The notes below the pieces were generated by a model that worked only from the letters and a program-made list of their open reading frames with translations, was not told the DNA's origin and made no database searches. Below, one piece after another: positions 39,696 through 54,208 of a DNA stretch of 64,000 nucleotides. The first letter of the stretch is position 1. Every line of letters begins with the position of its first letter. The position numbers were made by a program, and so were the translations under genes. The DNA is from Phoronis australis (Eukaryota; Animalia; Phoronida). The stretch spans positions 62,001-126,000 of the forward strand of contig NMRA01000665.1 of NCBI GenBank assembly GCA_002633005.1, given 5' to 3'.

Positions 39696-39985
39696 GAAAA
39701 AGACGACGATAGCGATGATGACAAAGACGATGGATATGACGACTATGGTGACGATGATGAACAATACAAGTAATGATAACATTCATATGACGAACGTAAA
39801 GGTCAGAAATCAATAAGAAATAGGCTACAGTCTTGACTGATACTTGGTGAAATTAACTGAAAAGACGACAACGGAGATGATGACGAAGATGACAAATATG
39901 ATGATGGTGGTGGCGATGATGAACATCACAAAATTCATATGATGAACTTAGATGTCATAAATCAGTAAGAAATGGGCTACAGTCT
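39696..39985. repeat. Diverged ~150-bp tandem duplication with GAY-rich low complexity
   Basis: GATGATGAACA...ATTCATATGA...GGCTACAGTCT occurs twice. Confidence 0.65.
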
Positions 39986-40018
39986 AGTTCAATAGAAGCT
40001 AAACCAACATCAATCCAG

Positions 40019-40880
40019 CAAGAGCGTTCAACAAAGGAACAGCGCTATCAGAAAATCTCAAATAATTCAGAAAGTAGACATCCTACAGAAAAATGAAAAA
40101 TATCGTCTGAAAGCCCGTTCAAAATTCTATCTAAATTGGTAGTTTCGCAACACTCCATGTTTTTGAAAAAAGTGAAATTTTGAATTTTTTTGAAATTCAA
40201 AGTCAAATAACTCGAAAACTGTAAGTCTGAGAAAAAAATTGTAGCAGTCCATTTGAAAGAGTATAGGTTAGAGAATCTACATGCAAAAATTCACGTCATT
40301 TTCTCTTCCCATTAAAAATAACACCCCAGCACAACTGAAAATGGGCCAATACGTGCCAGATCTGCCATCTTGAAAGCAACTTCCGGTTTTCAGCAACAGA
40401 TAATAGCGTGTCAAAGAATACTAATACCTAAAAAATTTCGAAGCAATTGGTCATCTAATGCGCCCTCTACAAGAGAAAATGTTTTTTGCCCGAAATCGAG
40501 GTGCACATGCACAATTGCCAATATTTCCGCCATCTTTGACCGGAAGTAAATGATTCTCAGCAAAAATGTAGAACATGTATGGTACAATATATGTGCTGAT
40601 TTTCAGCCATGTACCTAAAAAATTACGGCCTCTACGAGCGTTTCAATTTGATACTTAAAACAAAATGGCCACCATGTCCGCTATCTTGGATTCGATCATG
40701 ACGAAAAACAATAGGCTTCCAGGTCTTCTTGAACTTGAGGTTGTGTGTACATTTCGTGGAAATCGGACGAAAAATGCGAACTGTAGAGTGCGAAAATACA
40801 AAAAAAAATTATGGCAAAGCAACATACTTGTCCGAATTCGAAGAAATCCGCCCAGTAACAATGGCTCGAATACTGCCATG
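40019..40880 (+). mobile_element. Possible HINE-like interspersed repeat
   Basis: CAAGAG start followed by a hairpin (AGCGTTC...GAACAGCGCT); repeated CGCCATCTT-like motifs; boundaries uncertain. Confidence 0.3.
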
Positions 40881-43800
40881 AAAGTTGCAACCAGGCAACA
40901 GGGAATAATGGGATGTCCATCCAGTCAGCTAAAACAGTTGCTGAACCCTAATTGACATCAGACAATTTATTTGATGTGCTCACAGAGCACACCAGATCCC
41001 CTGGGAAATATGTAATGAACAACAGCCTCTAACGATAGACATGTGAGAAATTAAGCTCAATTCACTGAGAAAATATGTGCGTCTAGCATAACAAATAGTG
41101 ACTCTGGAAATGATGTCTTGAGAATTACATCAATTATGTTCGTAACAAGCTTTGGTTGAAATTAATGTCCTGGGTGGGCACAAGTATTTGAAAACCAGAA
41201 CCATACCTAGACACAATATCTGTCAAAACCTAACTTCCAATAACTCCAACCTAACAAATTGTCCCTTGTCCCTAGACAGCTAGGAGGCCTGGAAGGCAAA
41301 AAACGGGCATTATTCAAAGTGGTTCACCAAGCATTTTTCTAGTTTGTTTCTCAAAATTTTGAAATGCTGTTGATGACAAATCATTTTTCTTTTAGTTGCA
41401 AATTTCAGAAAAACGATCTGTCATCTGCTCGTCACTGTCCATTTACTCTCGTTTCCTTATTTGGCTTCAACACTGCTCCCATGACACCTAGAGAGGAGTC
41501 TCAGAGTGAATGCGATGTGGCGAGTCGAAAGGCTCTCAGCGATTCCTTGAATTTTTTGCCATGAGTACAGATAACAAATTTTTATTACATCTCAACCACA
41601 CCCAATTAGTTTTCATCAACGTATATTTCACAGTTGTTTTTATTTCTGTTATATTGAAAAATTATAAGTTTTTAAAATAAAATATTTTTGTTTTTGGTTT
41701 TTCATACTTTTTCTACAATATTCCAATTATTGTTCTGCAGGACATTTTTTAAACTTTAAGAGAAGAGAATAAAAACACTAGTTTCTGACAAGAACACAAA
41801 CGATATCCTTATCAGATTTTCGGATAAACAACCACAGTAAAAGTAATTTCTGGAACTAGATCCTGAAAACCGAGGCTAAAGAGAACCGAATCCAAAAAGT
41901 GGATCCCTTGCAGCCCTACACATAAGGCCTGTGTGCATTCTGTCAAAAACAAAGACTTGATTAATGGCACTAACTGAAATCACTGTTGGCTAAAATGTTT
42001 TTTACTCTGTTTAGAAGTAATCTTTGGGGTCGTCAACTGACAGTTCGTTATTTCTTTAGACTGACATGAAATTTCAAAAGCTTGTTCTGAAATAACACTA
42101 ACATTTTGTTCCTATTAGTCTAGAAATCACACCTTTTTTGACTTAGGAACAAGTTGATAAAAACAAAAGGCCCAAATCAACACTTTTTAACAAAAAGTAT
42201 GGTGTAATGCCGACTTCAACAACGCATTTTTGCCATTTCTTTGTTAAAAATGTTGCCAACTAGTCGTCACAGCTTATCGACAGTTCATTGTCAGAATTAC
42301 GGTCTAAAACTCACATTCAATGTGATGTTGAAACAAGAAATGGACATTACACTCTAATCTAAATGCAATTATATACGTTTACTTAGCAAAATGGAGATTT
42401 TTTTATCTAGATAGGCCTATGTCATCTCGTACAATAATTTAATTATCAACTTGAAGTTCTTCAAGCTGAGCAAGTGTTAGTGTGAATGGGCATAGAGACC
42501 ATTCTCTTTCCTCCACTGTCTTTTAATAATATCACATCAATTTCATGTCCTGAATCACTGAGAGTTTGCTTCAGAACATGCATGTATTAGCTATTAATTA
42601 TAGTTATATATCCCAAGGAAGTGTATAGCACTACAGATACCCAGCTGAACCATATCCACAAATATCAATAACGCCTCGCTTTGACATTCATGGAAAATCT
42701 AATGCAGAATTGTTGTTTACAGCCAAATATCAGTAGTATAAATCCAGGCTGAGACCAATACCTTGGTTACAGATTTTCACTATATTCAAAAGGATCGAAG
42801 AGGAACATGCACATGGCACTGAAAGTGTATCACTGGAATAGGGTCAGATGCTCCCATAGAACATAACCTGGCAGTCATAAATCCTCAGCTGACAAGTTGA
42901 CTTAAAGCTGGTTTCACTTCACGTGTCATGCAAATTTGACACAATGACTAAGTCAAGGTGACTCTTTGGGGGTTGGAAATGGGTCCCATTTAACCTAACG
43001 AAAGTTGAAGATCAATCGTTGAAGCTTTCTAAGCCTGTAAAAATGCATAAGTAACTTGTTGTGTAGTAAAAATATTAAAGGAAGTGTCAGGTTTCCAGTC
43101 GTTGGAAAAGCAAAATACTGTATATGAGACTTGTTGATTGAAGAAATTATGCAGGGAAGTTGTTACATGGTAACAATATTAGAAGTTGAGCAGTAGATGT
43201 AGGAAATATCCTGAATCGGGTTCAGAAATCTGAAAGAACAATAAGCACATCAACTTGTTTTCACACCTAAGTGGAGTTATAGTAGTTTTGGTTCCCGAAG
43301 ACCAGAACCCCTTGAGCAAATTTATGATCTCAATATATAGCTATGTGCAACCTGTTAATTGTGAAGTAACCTTTATCTACATTTCCCCACAAAATGTTGT
43401 AGGGGTTGCTATAGAGACGGTGAAAGTAATCAAGTGCACATATTTTTCACATTTCAATACACTCGTCTGTTGTTAAGACTGCCCTGAAAAGCAACACCTT
43501 CTATGGCACAATTTCACTGTCAAAACTGTAATTCATAACTCTACTGCTCATAACAAATGACTTTACAGTTATTGTTCTTTGTTTTTGGCAAGAGATCTGA
43601 CTTAGGTATATAATTGTTTGTGAATGTCCTTCTACGGAATTATGCTGCAAGAAACGGTGCTTAAGGTTAATGGCCTTGAATTCTTTACTTTTTGAGCAAA
43701 AAGGTTTCAGTTCAGAACTTAATCATTTAGTTTTCCTGACTTTCGAGAATACGTCAAGAATTTATCTGACACAAAATAGGACTAGTAAAATCGCAAAGGC

Positions 43801-46139
43801 CTTTCTTCACTGCCACTTTGAAAAATATACCCAGAAGATATGCCAAAGATGGAGATACAAAACTGACAACACTTCACTGAAGCCATGGCAACCCACACAT
43901 CTTTATCATCCTATTAGTGAAAAACAGGGAACTAGTGATCAAGAGGTCTGGTTTCCATAGCCACCATAATGAGTTAAACATCAGGATAGACTGAACATGA
44001 TTACTTAATGCCATTATGGCAAACCAAGCTCAAGATAGGCACCAGCGACAAAAACAATCCAAAGTAACTTTGGTAAACCCTGAGTGATGCAAATGGGAAC
44101 TCTAAATTCACAAGGTGTCGCCAGTGGTCTTTTGCCTACAAAAGCCTGGCACATGCAGGCTATCACATGGGTCCCTCAACTTGTCACACAAATGCATACA
44201 TGTATGGTGATCAACTGCTTTCTGCTAACAATTTAATCACGCTCCCACTTTCTAATTGCTGAAGGTTAATACACCAAGTAATAGGGGCTGAACGTGATTA
44301 TGTCACACTGAGACACTACTCCAAATTGGACACAAGCACTATGGCGGCTGTTCCAATGACAAGTTTTCTCCCGTGTAAGAAGGTAACAATACGAAACATT
44401 CGACCAACATACAACTCTTTAACATTGTGAGAGCAGAAAACACCTTTCACTTTAACTACATTTCTAATTCTGCTGCACAAGATGGGCTGAGTGGACAAGG
44501 CTGAAATGTAATTTCTGTCATTCGTGAAAATATTGTGACGTTGGACAGTCATGCGTGAATCACATGATTCCTAAATACACAACAGTGACACGAATGGTCA
44601 CAATTAAATAAAAATAAATAAGCATTCGATAATTCCACCACAGTAAATCCCTGTACAAGAACACAAGACATTTACCACCTTTTCCTCTACCGCCACCTAG
44701 TGACAAGGTGAATTGCATCGTGCGGCCTCAACATCAGAGAATGGCTATTGTCCTCAGCCATCACTATACATTAAATCCAACTTCCAAAAGCCAGTCATAA
44801 CCGATCGAGCGTTTACAGTCATGTTAGTCATTACCTTATGTCTGTGACATACCTCTCATCAATGATTTATGAGATCTATATTTAATAGTATTGTATATTG
44901 TATTCTTAATTAAATAGATTTAATTAAAACACAGCAGTTTCAAAACAATATAATGGTACACTGTGGGCGGACTATACAGCGTTGCTATTACCAACACCAA
45001 GATGTGCTCATTTCCACCTCGTAAAATTTATAAGCAAGAGGAAAAACAAGTACCAAGCTTATGTCCTATAGCCTGGAGCAAGTTGAATTTTATAGCAAAC
45101 ATCGGACATACAACTGCATTCTTAAATACTACCATGCCCTATGTACGGTTCTCAAAATGACATGAGGATTGGACTTAAAAATCTTCCTCTTTAGTATACA
45201 CGACCGGGTATCAACTAATTGAGCTGTTATTATATGAGCATCGGACATGTCATTGATACCGTTGTTTTGCTATGAATGTTCCTTCAGTTTTACTAAAAAC
45301 AAATGGTCACATGAACCACCTAAGGGTAAAAAGTTAAAAAGTCAGGTTCTACAGGCTTTCTACTTCCAAAATTTATAGCATGGCTAAATAGAATTACTCA
45401 GACTTGTCACACAGCCCTGCAAAACCTTAAATTATAGCATCGCATACGGGTCAAAACGGGTGAAACTGATTTTTTTCATTCTGAAGAACTGCTAACAGTG
45501 AATCATTTGAACACCCTAGTGTGCACAAAAGTGGCAATTTGCAACATTATATTGGCTAAGAATTGATAAAAATACCCATGCCGTCACTCACTGTTCAAGC
45601 CAAGGGAAAACAGTCCATGGGGTTGAACATAATGCAGCTTACCTTCCAGACTGACAGTTAGGCTTGATTAGTTCAAAACAGTTTACATTCTGGTGCCAGC
45701 TAGCTGAAGTTCATTCACCGGCAATTTCATCAGTCAGAATTAAGGTATTATAACTGACAAAGTTAAGTCACTGCAGACACTTCCTCACACTAAGATGCAA
45801 TCTAGTCTCACAAACTGGGATTAAAAACTACAGGTAACAAGGGTGAAATGAAATAGTGTCAATTTTCAACACATTTAAGAGGGAAAATGTGGATTTCAAT
45901 TTTGTAAATTTCTCACAACAATAAAGGTGAACAGCCTCTTACAGCATTGTTTGGCATAGTTTAAAACAATTAAGCTGTCAGAATAACACATCTTTTTGGA
46001 GTTTGCAACACACTGTACATTAAAGCCTTTGAAATGAGGAAAACGGCATTTATGTTTTAAGCACAACTATTCTATTTAACATAAAAGCAACTTTACCCAA
46101 GCCACTACACCACAGTGGCTGCTGGTCACCTTGACTTAC

Positions 46140-46288
46140 CTTGATCAATCCTTACAGTTGGTGTGCTGAACAGCTATGTAGCAGCTCAGTAACAGGAATG
46201 AGTCCTGACTGGTTTATGGTAGTCACATGTCAGGTAACTGCTCGATGGCAATCTGCCGTTGCCTGCTACCCATTTCACTAATGTGGGT
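46140..46288 (-). other. Candidate non-coding exon (5' UTR of the GPCR?)
   Basis: ttgttccag acceptor and consensus AAG|gtaagt donor; no recognisable protein. Confidence 0.3.
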
Positions 46289-46905
46289 CTGGAACAACAT
46301 TACAACATTACAGCTGAGAAGCAAATAAATACAGGAACTAGTAGTAAGGATAATTTGCCTGGACATTGATTTTAAAAGGTTACTTAACTCATTGAATGGA
46401 TTTTGACCATTGATTTTGCAACAGCCTGACTAGTTAAAATGAAAGCAGACAAATTTCATCAAAATTTGTCTAGTTTCCACCAAGTTAAGGCAAAAAATCA
46501 GCAGAAATCAGAATATAAACAAATCAGTAGTAAAGGCCCAGCCAATACCGTAGATTTTGCAACCAACTGTGGGAAAGTTCACCTTGTTATATATTTTACT
46601 ATGGTAAAATATCACTACTTTTAGATCAAAGTGCCAAAATTGATACTTTCAGAGAATAAAATTGCCCAAATTGATCTTTCTCATTTTTCAAATGCATCAC
46701 TTGTTCTTTTGAACACCCACAACTGCTCAAAACACTGCACGAATAAATCCATGGTATAGATCTTGAAAATGGAGAAAGTGTCAATTTGTTGCTTCCTTAT
46801 CAAATACATGGAAAAATAACTCTAGTCTGCAACTCTGTCCTAAATTGGTGAGATTATTATGGTACTGTGTTACTCCAGAGCATTCTTAATACCAACATGA
46901 CAATT

Positions 46906-49771
46906 GGGTCATTCTCAGCTATTCAGCAACTTTGGTCCTGACTTTTTTAAATGGTATTTTTATGAAATAAAAAAATTGAAATTGGTTTGGTGTTGTTTTA
47001 TTTTATTGATAACGTGCTAAAGAGACAAAAAAAATAGTTTGTGCACATTCGGTAAAAAATTACATGAATATAAGTTGCGTTTTAATTACAACGAGTGATT
47101 TTGGGGACGGCCATTTTGTGACATGTTGACAGAGTATTTGTTTCATTATGTTTTTACGCATTCGGGTAGTTTTTTCTCACATTAAAGTACACCGAACAAA
47201 AGAGTAGACATCATATTTGTGGTAGATTCTGCACAGGTAAAAAATAAACATGTTCCAAACAAAAAGAGTAAACTTCAAAACGAGCATTCGCCCCTTACGG
47301 TGTCGGTCAAAAAAATCGCTCACATCATGTTTATTTTTCTCGGTTAAGAGAACAGTGGGTCAGACTGGATTAAGAACGAAATAATTGCTTCTAAAGATGT
47401 TTTTAAAACAGTCATAATTCCATGTCTCATTGTAATCACGTATTCCTATAATCAATAAAAGAAATTTTTAATGCAAATGTCGGTCAAACAATAACGGGCG
47501 CAACTCGAGTCCAAAAACTCACGATTTCGAGCAAGTTGAAAGCCTCTGCCATAACACGAGACAAGTGACCTCACTTGTGAAGAACGTCATCACTCTTTGT
47601 GTAAATAGTCGCCGTGGAATGAAGAAGCATGGAAGTGAGTGCTGTCGGTCAAGTCAAATTGACAAGATAACGTCCGCCACACAGCGTAAATGGGCGAAGA
47701 TTTGAACAAAAATTGCTAAGAATCGTGCCTTCTTTCACTGTATTATACGTATTTAGTTGCCATGGAGGATTTTTCATTAAAAATACTTTTGCATGCTGCT
47801 GCACTGTGCGACTCGGCTGTAACGTTCAGTCAGACGTTAGTTATTGACATCGCCTGGATTTGCCGCTGTGTTCAAACGTTATCCGTTGACATGGTCAACA
47901 CGGTGTTGTGTCACAGCCGAACATTCATGTATTGTTATAGTAATAGTGCACTGTGATTGATTTTAGAATTTTCTTCCGAACTAGTCTAGGCTTTTTGTCC
48001 TAACAAAACACGGATATTATGAGAAAAACGAAACCGTTGATATGCTTTTCTTGCAAAATCACGTTGTGGCCGTTACTGTGTGACATTGTCAACTTGGATT
48101 TTCATAACGTCCAACCCGATCTGTTTAAGTTGCTTTGAAAATTGCTGTACGCTGAGCTGCAGTACTGATGTTAATGCCTTAGATAGTCCATGCAACTAAA
48201 CCACTGCACAGTACCCTTGCTGACTACAGATTGTATCATGGTGATAATCCTCGATGCTTTGGACGTTACTTTTGACATTCTTTCCATTGGATATAGTAAG
48301 TATTCAATGAAATATTTTAGACGTGTAGGTTAGTGGGGGGGGGCATATGCCCCCAATTGTTTGCAGCATTGTGTGCAAAATCCTGATAGCGACTTGGGAA
48401 ATTGTGACTTTAAGGATACAACTGTCTAGTGTAGATATTTAATAATCAATGATGACAATAAAAATCTAACATTTTTTGAAATTCTTCAACACCAATCAAA
48501 ACTCTTGTTCATGCAGGCTTGTGTCTTGTTTTTTTGTGCTATGACCTAAGAAAAATTATATCATTGTAATTATTCTTTTTAGAAATCGAAGTACACAATG
48601 AGGATTCGTTGTTCTAAAAAAGTGGATGAAAGCTTGTTCTTGTACCAGGCCATTACCAAAAGGAGAAAGAATTATGATAATATGCTATATTGCTTCATTA
48701 TGATAATATGCTATATTGCTTCATATTTTATAATAGTTTAGTTCTTGCTATTTTATTGTATCTAAGAAGTCCACGTTTGTTATGTTACTGTAGCTAAATT
48801 AGTGTTAATAAATAGATAGTAACATGTTACTATGTGTTTTGTTTTTGTAACATAATTGTGAGAGATTCTGGCTAGTGAATGGATGCCCTCCCCTTTTGCA
48901 AAGACTTGGGACTTTTTATCATGTTCTAGCATACATGGTTTTGACTCCAAAAATATCTCAGAATCAATGAAAAGCAGGAGATAGGCAGAAAGTGTAAAAG
49001 AGCTTAGAAAATGATAGGTAGGGTTATATCCTTTTTCAAATGCCCAAAGCCATTTGGCAATTGAAAAGGAATTTGTAAAGAAAACAGTCAAAGCAACATC
49101 TAAAGTTATGAAAAAGTAAATAAAATAAATGGATGCCATTATTTCTAATGAAATGATGAGTTGTTATGCTTTAGAACATGAAAATATTTCAAATTTTCAA
49201 ACTTGGATGTGAGATGTGGACGTTACTATGTCAACATTTGTCAACTGTCAACATGTAACCTCCAAACGTCAACAGAGCATAAAACAAAAAGGTCAGCAAT
49301 TCTCTGCACAAGCTTTACTGGTAAGTATTGGCCTAGGACTAATACAAAACCTAATCATGATTTTTTAGTTGCTAATAAAGTTATAATACCATGCCAAAAC
49401 TATAACATGTCAAAATATGAGTAACGTCCACAATGCGACAAAAGTCATTGAGATAACATTTTTTATTGGAGGAATTCAATTATTATATATATGCTTGTTA
49501 GATGGGAACATATGCAATGGAAAACATTTGTTATTAGGATTATTTGACAAAACAATCGTATGAAAATTGATGTCAACCATTAAAAAGTAACGTCCGCAAC
49601 TTTTTATTATAGAATGATAATGCCAAACTTATATGTAAATTAAAAACCAAATTATCTTCTCTAGTTCAAAGTTGTGAAGAGTAGGCATCAGACTTAGTCA
49701 TAAAGAATAAAAATGGTAATAATTTTTCATGCCCTGTCCCACAATAATTGCGGAATAGCTGAGAATGACCC
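46906..49771. mobile_element. Non-autonomous TIR DNA transposon, Sola-like (2.87 kb)
   Basis: AATT|GGGTCATTCTCAGCTATTC(A/C)GCAA at both ends in inverted orientation; 4-bp AATT target site; no transposase ORF. Confidence 0.75.
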
Positions 49772-52533
49772 AATTAGCAAAATCTCAACAATTTTGGACA
49801 AAACTGGCCACAATTTCTGGGATTCACTTTTCAAAATCTACGCGGGTCGTTGCGAATGTCCGTATTTTATCAAAACATTGTCTGTAGGTAACCATGGTAT
49901 CGAACTTGAAAGTACTACAGCATTACCATGTCGCTACTCATTGTAACGTGAAAAATACTTCGTGTTCCATACTGTGTCTTAAATTGGCAACATTTTACCG
50001 TACATTCCACTTCATATATAGCAGCTTTCAAATCAGACGTGGACCAAAGTATAAACACCATAGTCAATTGCATTAATTTTGCAAATGTATAGAAAAGGAA
50101 TTACTGTTAAGGTGCCGTATTTCACTATTCTTGCGGCCGTGGTAACATTAAATTAGTCTCCCAAGATTTTAACCCATATACTCTAATCAGCTCTCAATAT
50201 ACCTTAGTTTAAACAACCATAATTTTTCCTTTATACAAAACTATTTCACGAATATGCCATACCAAGCAAATATCTTGTAAAGTAGTCAAAATCAAGCATT
50301 TCACAGGAAAATACCCCAACTTACGATAATTCAGGGTTATATTGCAGGTATACAAACTCAAAAACGACGCAGAGGGAATAGTACAGCTGCGAGGCTTTTG
50401 ATAAAAAACCTCAAAAGCTTTGCTAAAAAGATCTGGGTGTAGTTTTAAAAACAGTAAAACTCGCGTTCAGTTCAAGAAGCTACTGTTTGATTTATACCTG
50501 CTTAGCATGGCACAGTAAACTTGGTTTCAACTTGTTCCTTATGGAGATCAGAAGTGATTACTGGGTTCTCGAAGAACTGACAGTTCGTTATTCCTCGATA
50601 CCATGCTTGTACATAAAATGACATTCCGTGATAAGCCAACTTGTACAGTCTGATCTCAACTCATAGTGAGCTTTCCCTTCTTTAAGAAGCCAGGATATCA
50701 TTCCCTATTTGATTAAAGCAAGATCTGAGGCCAATTTCAAAACAGTAGGTGGTCTCAACCAAAAGTTGGTTTTTGTGATGGAAGGTTTTTGTTACCCACT
50801 TAAATCATTAAGGAATCACGCACAGCTTCAAAATTATGTGGGCCCACAACATACGCATTTTTTCAACTTAAAATAAATTTCGACAAAAACATCTTGAATA
50901 CAAGGCACACTGAATATATTTATTAAATGCAGAGCAAAAGTATTCAGACAAAATGATCTACAATTCCCCATCATAGCAGCTGGACGGAATCTGAATTCAT
51001 CATGACTGAGAATGGAGGAGAATCAACAAGCCAGTAAGCAAGGTGACTGAATTATTTTGTAAAATAGAACTTTACCACTATAACAGTTATTACCAGTCAT
51101 ATTTGCTCTTAACGGAAATAGCCCTCATGATGGGAAAATGATATTTTGTCTTAATACTTTTGTCTCGCACTGTATCAAAATGAGCACTAACACGAATCAT
51201 TCACATCATCGTTTTTGAACGGCAATGTTAAAAGCTACACAATGAAACTCACATCCATTGGATCCAACAGCAGTGATAGACTTTATCCGAGTGTAACCGA
51301 TTCATTTGAAGACCCAAGTATAAATACATGAGCAACCAATGAAAACACGTCCAAGTTAACTGAAGGTGCTATTAATGCCTGGCTAGGGCACTTCTAAGTA
51401 TTTTTTGTTTTTACAAGAAGCTATTTGTACATGCATCCGCTAATAGGTCTGGTGGGAAATTTCTGGTCATGGAGAGATGGAACTTTGTCGATACCCATCA
51501 ATAGCTGTAATCCAGATAATTGCTGATGGTGAAGCGATCACAAGAAATTGAGAGTAATGCAGTCTTCTGAATTAACAATTTCAAACCAGCTAGCAACTGG
51601 GAATGTCTTCATATTACCCTAATTGTACAAACCTGTATAAAAACTGTCAGAGCAAACTTACACAGCTTATCACTGTTTCAATTAAACTAAATAAATGCCT
51701 AAGAAATTATCCAGTTTGTGGGACAGACTTGGCCTGTTATCAAAAATTTTATGATACATCCATTAGCAAATGAAACAGATTACTGCAGAGACATGAGAAA
51801 ATTGACATCAAAGAGAAGATCAGCAAGAGATTACACAGATCACAATATTGATTAAGGCCACAGATCAGCAATACAGCAAGAATACTTGACAACACCAAAG
51901 GGACCAAGATTATTTCAACAAAAATTTAGATGAAAGCTTTAAAGGACACCTCACCCTGTTTTGGCCTGTTAACAGATACTAAAAACAACTTATCTATCCA
52001 ATTCTCTGAAACAAAATAATGCTCCCTACAACCCTCAAAAGTTTGGAGGGCATTTTGAAAACCATGCAAAGTCTGCTAAACTGGCAAGCATGACCTATTA
52101 ACACGGCAACTCAGAACCATAATATCCAATCTCCCGATGACGTAGGGACTTAAAGCTGTTTCACAGTTGTCATGGTTCAAGCTGTCATACTTTGACACAC
52201 CTACGTTGCATTTACATGACAGCATGATGAAGACTTATCCGCGCATGCTTGTATAAACAATTGTAAATGTCGAAACCACATGGAATGCCAGCCAATCACC
52301 CATATATGCGCTACTGCGCAAGCACATTGAAAGATGATCCCTTTCAGCCCTGACCCAGTTATGTTTAAATGTTTAGTTGACACTGGACATGGAAAAAGTG
52401 GGGGCTATAGCACCCCAGTCCCCAAGGTACACCTCCAATAGACCCTGGGAAGCGCTGCACTATGGTGCCCCACCCATGCTGGAGCAAGTAATCAAGTGTA
52501 ACTCACTCTACCACTCAAACTAGTGTCAAAAAT

Positions 52534-52534
<1 letters not shown>

Positions 52535-52567
<33 letters not shown>
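52535..52567. repeat. (CA)n microsatellite
   Basis: Perfect CA run. Confidence 0.95.
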
Positions 52568-52569
<2 letters not shown>

Positions 52570-52670
52570 GCGCACCTCATCAGCTGTTCCATGTTAGTTT
52601 CTCTGTGACAACTGTCTGTGTCTAAATGCTGCCTATGAGTTTTTAGCTGATTTGTGCTTGTATCATTTAA

Positions 52671-54208
52671 AGGAGAATACCACCCGATTTAATTAGTCTT
52701 TTTACCACCTTAATTGGTCTTTATCCACATCGCTTCTAATACGGTCGACCTCACCTTGCCGAGAGGTGTCACGTTAACCTGTGAAGAAGGTGAGAAACGA
52801 CGCAGCAACGTCGAGAGCCCAAAATGCTGAGGAAGTGGCTCGCGGTAGTGAAAAATGAAAGGTATGCTGTTAATAGCAAGTATGAGGCCGTGAAATATCT
52901 CCGTGTCTGGCCGGCATTTAGTCGACAGTGATTTCTCTGACGAATTCTGGCTTACCAAAGAACTATCTATACGTTCCGTTGCCTGTGCATGTTCACGGCG
53001 CCTCTCTAGTATTTCTTGATCAGTGCATTCCGGTTGGAACTGATAACCTGTGAAACCTAACGATCCGTCGTATGAGCTCTTGACTAAGTCGGGATTGGCG
53101 CTAGGCGAGTTGCCATGTAGACGTTTATTATACTGCATTCTGTTTCAAAATGAATTATTCTTATCGTAACCAATGCTTGTATGAAACTGAATCAAAGTCG
53201 GTCTCATTAGATACAATTTGTAATGCCTTGGAGTGCTCGTGAGTGGAAATGTTTTAAGTAGCCAGCAATGAATAAACCACTGCGTTATCGGCTTTTGATA
53301 CCGGCAGCAAACGTAATTGACCGGGCACCGAGGCAGTGTGAGCGCATGCTAATTCAGTGTTTGCTGACAGAAAGCTATTGTGAAACAATTACTCGATTTT
53401 ATAAGCTATGGTTACATGTTAGGGAATCTTTATTTAGAAATACAAAATATCAAATCAGTGTTACTGTACAACCTTTGCCCTGACAGTCTGTGAAAGGGGA
53501 ACCCAACTTCGCGACCCCCAACAAGTAAGTAGATTTTCAGTTTCGTGGCTAATTCACATATTAAATAATTACGTGCAGGTTATTTTTTTGGCCCAATATT
53601 ATAGTCTTTTCGTGACTGGAGGTTTAGTTTCCAACTCAAGCTGGTTTACGTTTGCACCAGTCCCAGCGGCCGCAACGGGCCTGATCGTGTTCCGAGTCAC
53701 TGGCCGGGATAACGAGCGTTTTGTGTGTTTATAACTTAAAAAATCACAAGTATAAACAACACAGATCTAGGTTCTCCTGTCTGTATTTCACGGAGAAATA
53801 CTTCGATTTTATCCCCGAACAGACTCCAATCTCCTGCTACGGACCTTGGTAAAATGGCCTGCCAAACTTTGTAGGCTATGGTGTGTCCAAGTGCCAATAA
53901 ATCCGTAACAGCGAAATAAAACAACACGTTTTAATAAGAACTCGGTGTATTTTTAAGGGTTTTACATCGAAGTTTTTTTGATGATTTATTGGTGTTAAAC
54001 GATGAATTCAAGCGATAAGCTGACACCACTTGCCCGTGCTGTGAACTGCTGAACAGACTGCGTGTGAAACCAATTACGTCATTGGATAATTTCAACACCT
54101 CCATCTGCCCCCAGATGTAAGGTAACGCAACCGAACCTGCCGTTATCGAGTGGAACTACTCAATCTAAATTGATACAAAATAGGTTGTTTTTTGGCTGGC
54201 ATTCTCCT
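52671..54208. mobile_element. Non-autonomous Kolobok-type DNA transposon (~1.5 kb)
   Basis: TTAA|AGGAGAATACCACCC...GGCTGGCATTCTCCT|TTAC; interior is CpG-richer than the flanks. Confidence 0.7.
52710..53138 (-). pseudogene. Possible remnant of a Kolobok accessory ORF N-terminus
   Basis: GYQFQPECTDQEILERRR resembles the PY(Q/M)FEP start I recall from Kolobok-borne P2X7-tail-like proteins; lies inside the TIRs. Confidence 0.35.
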
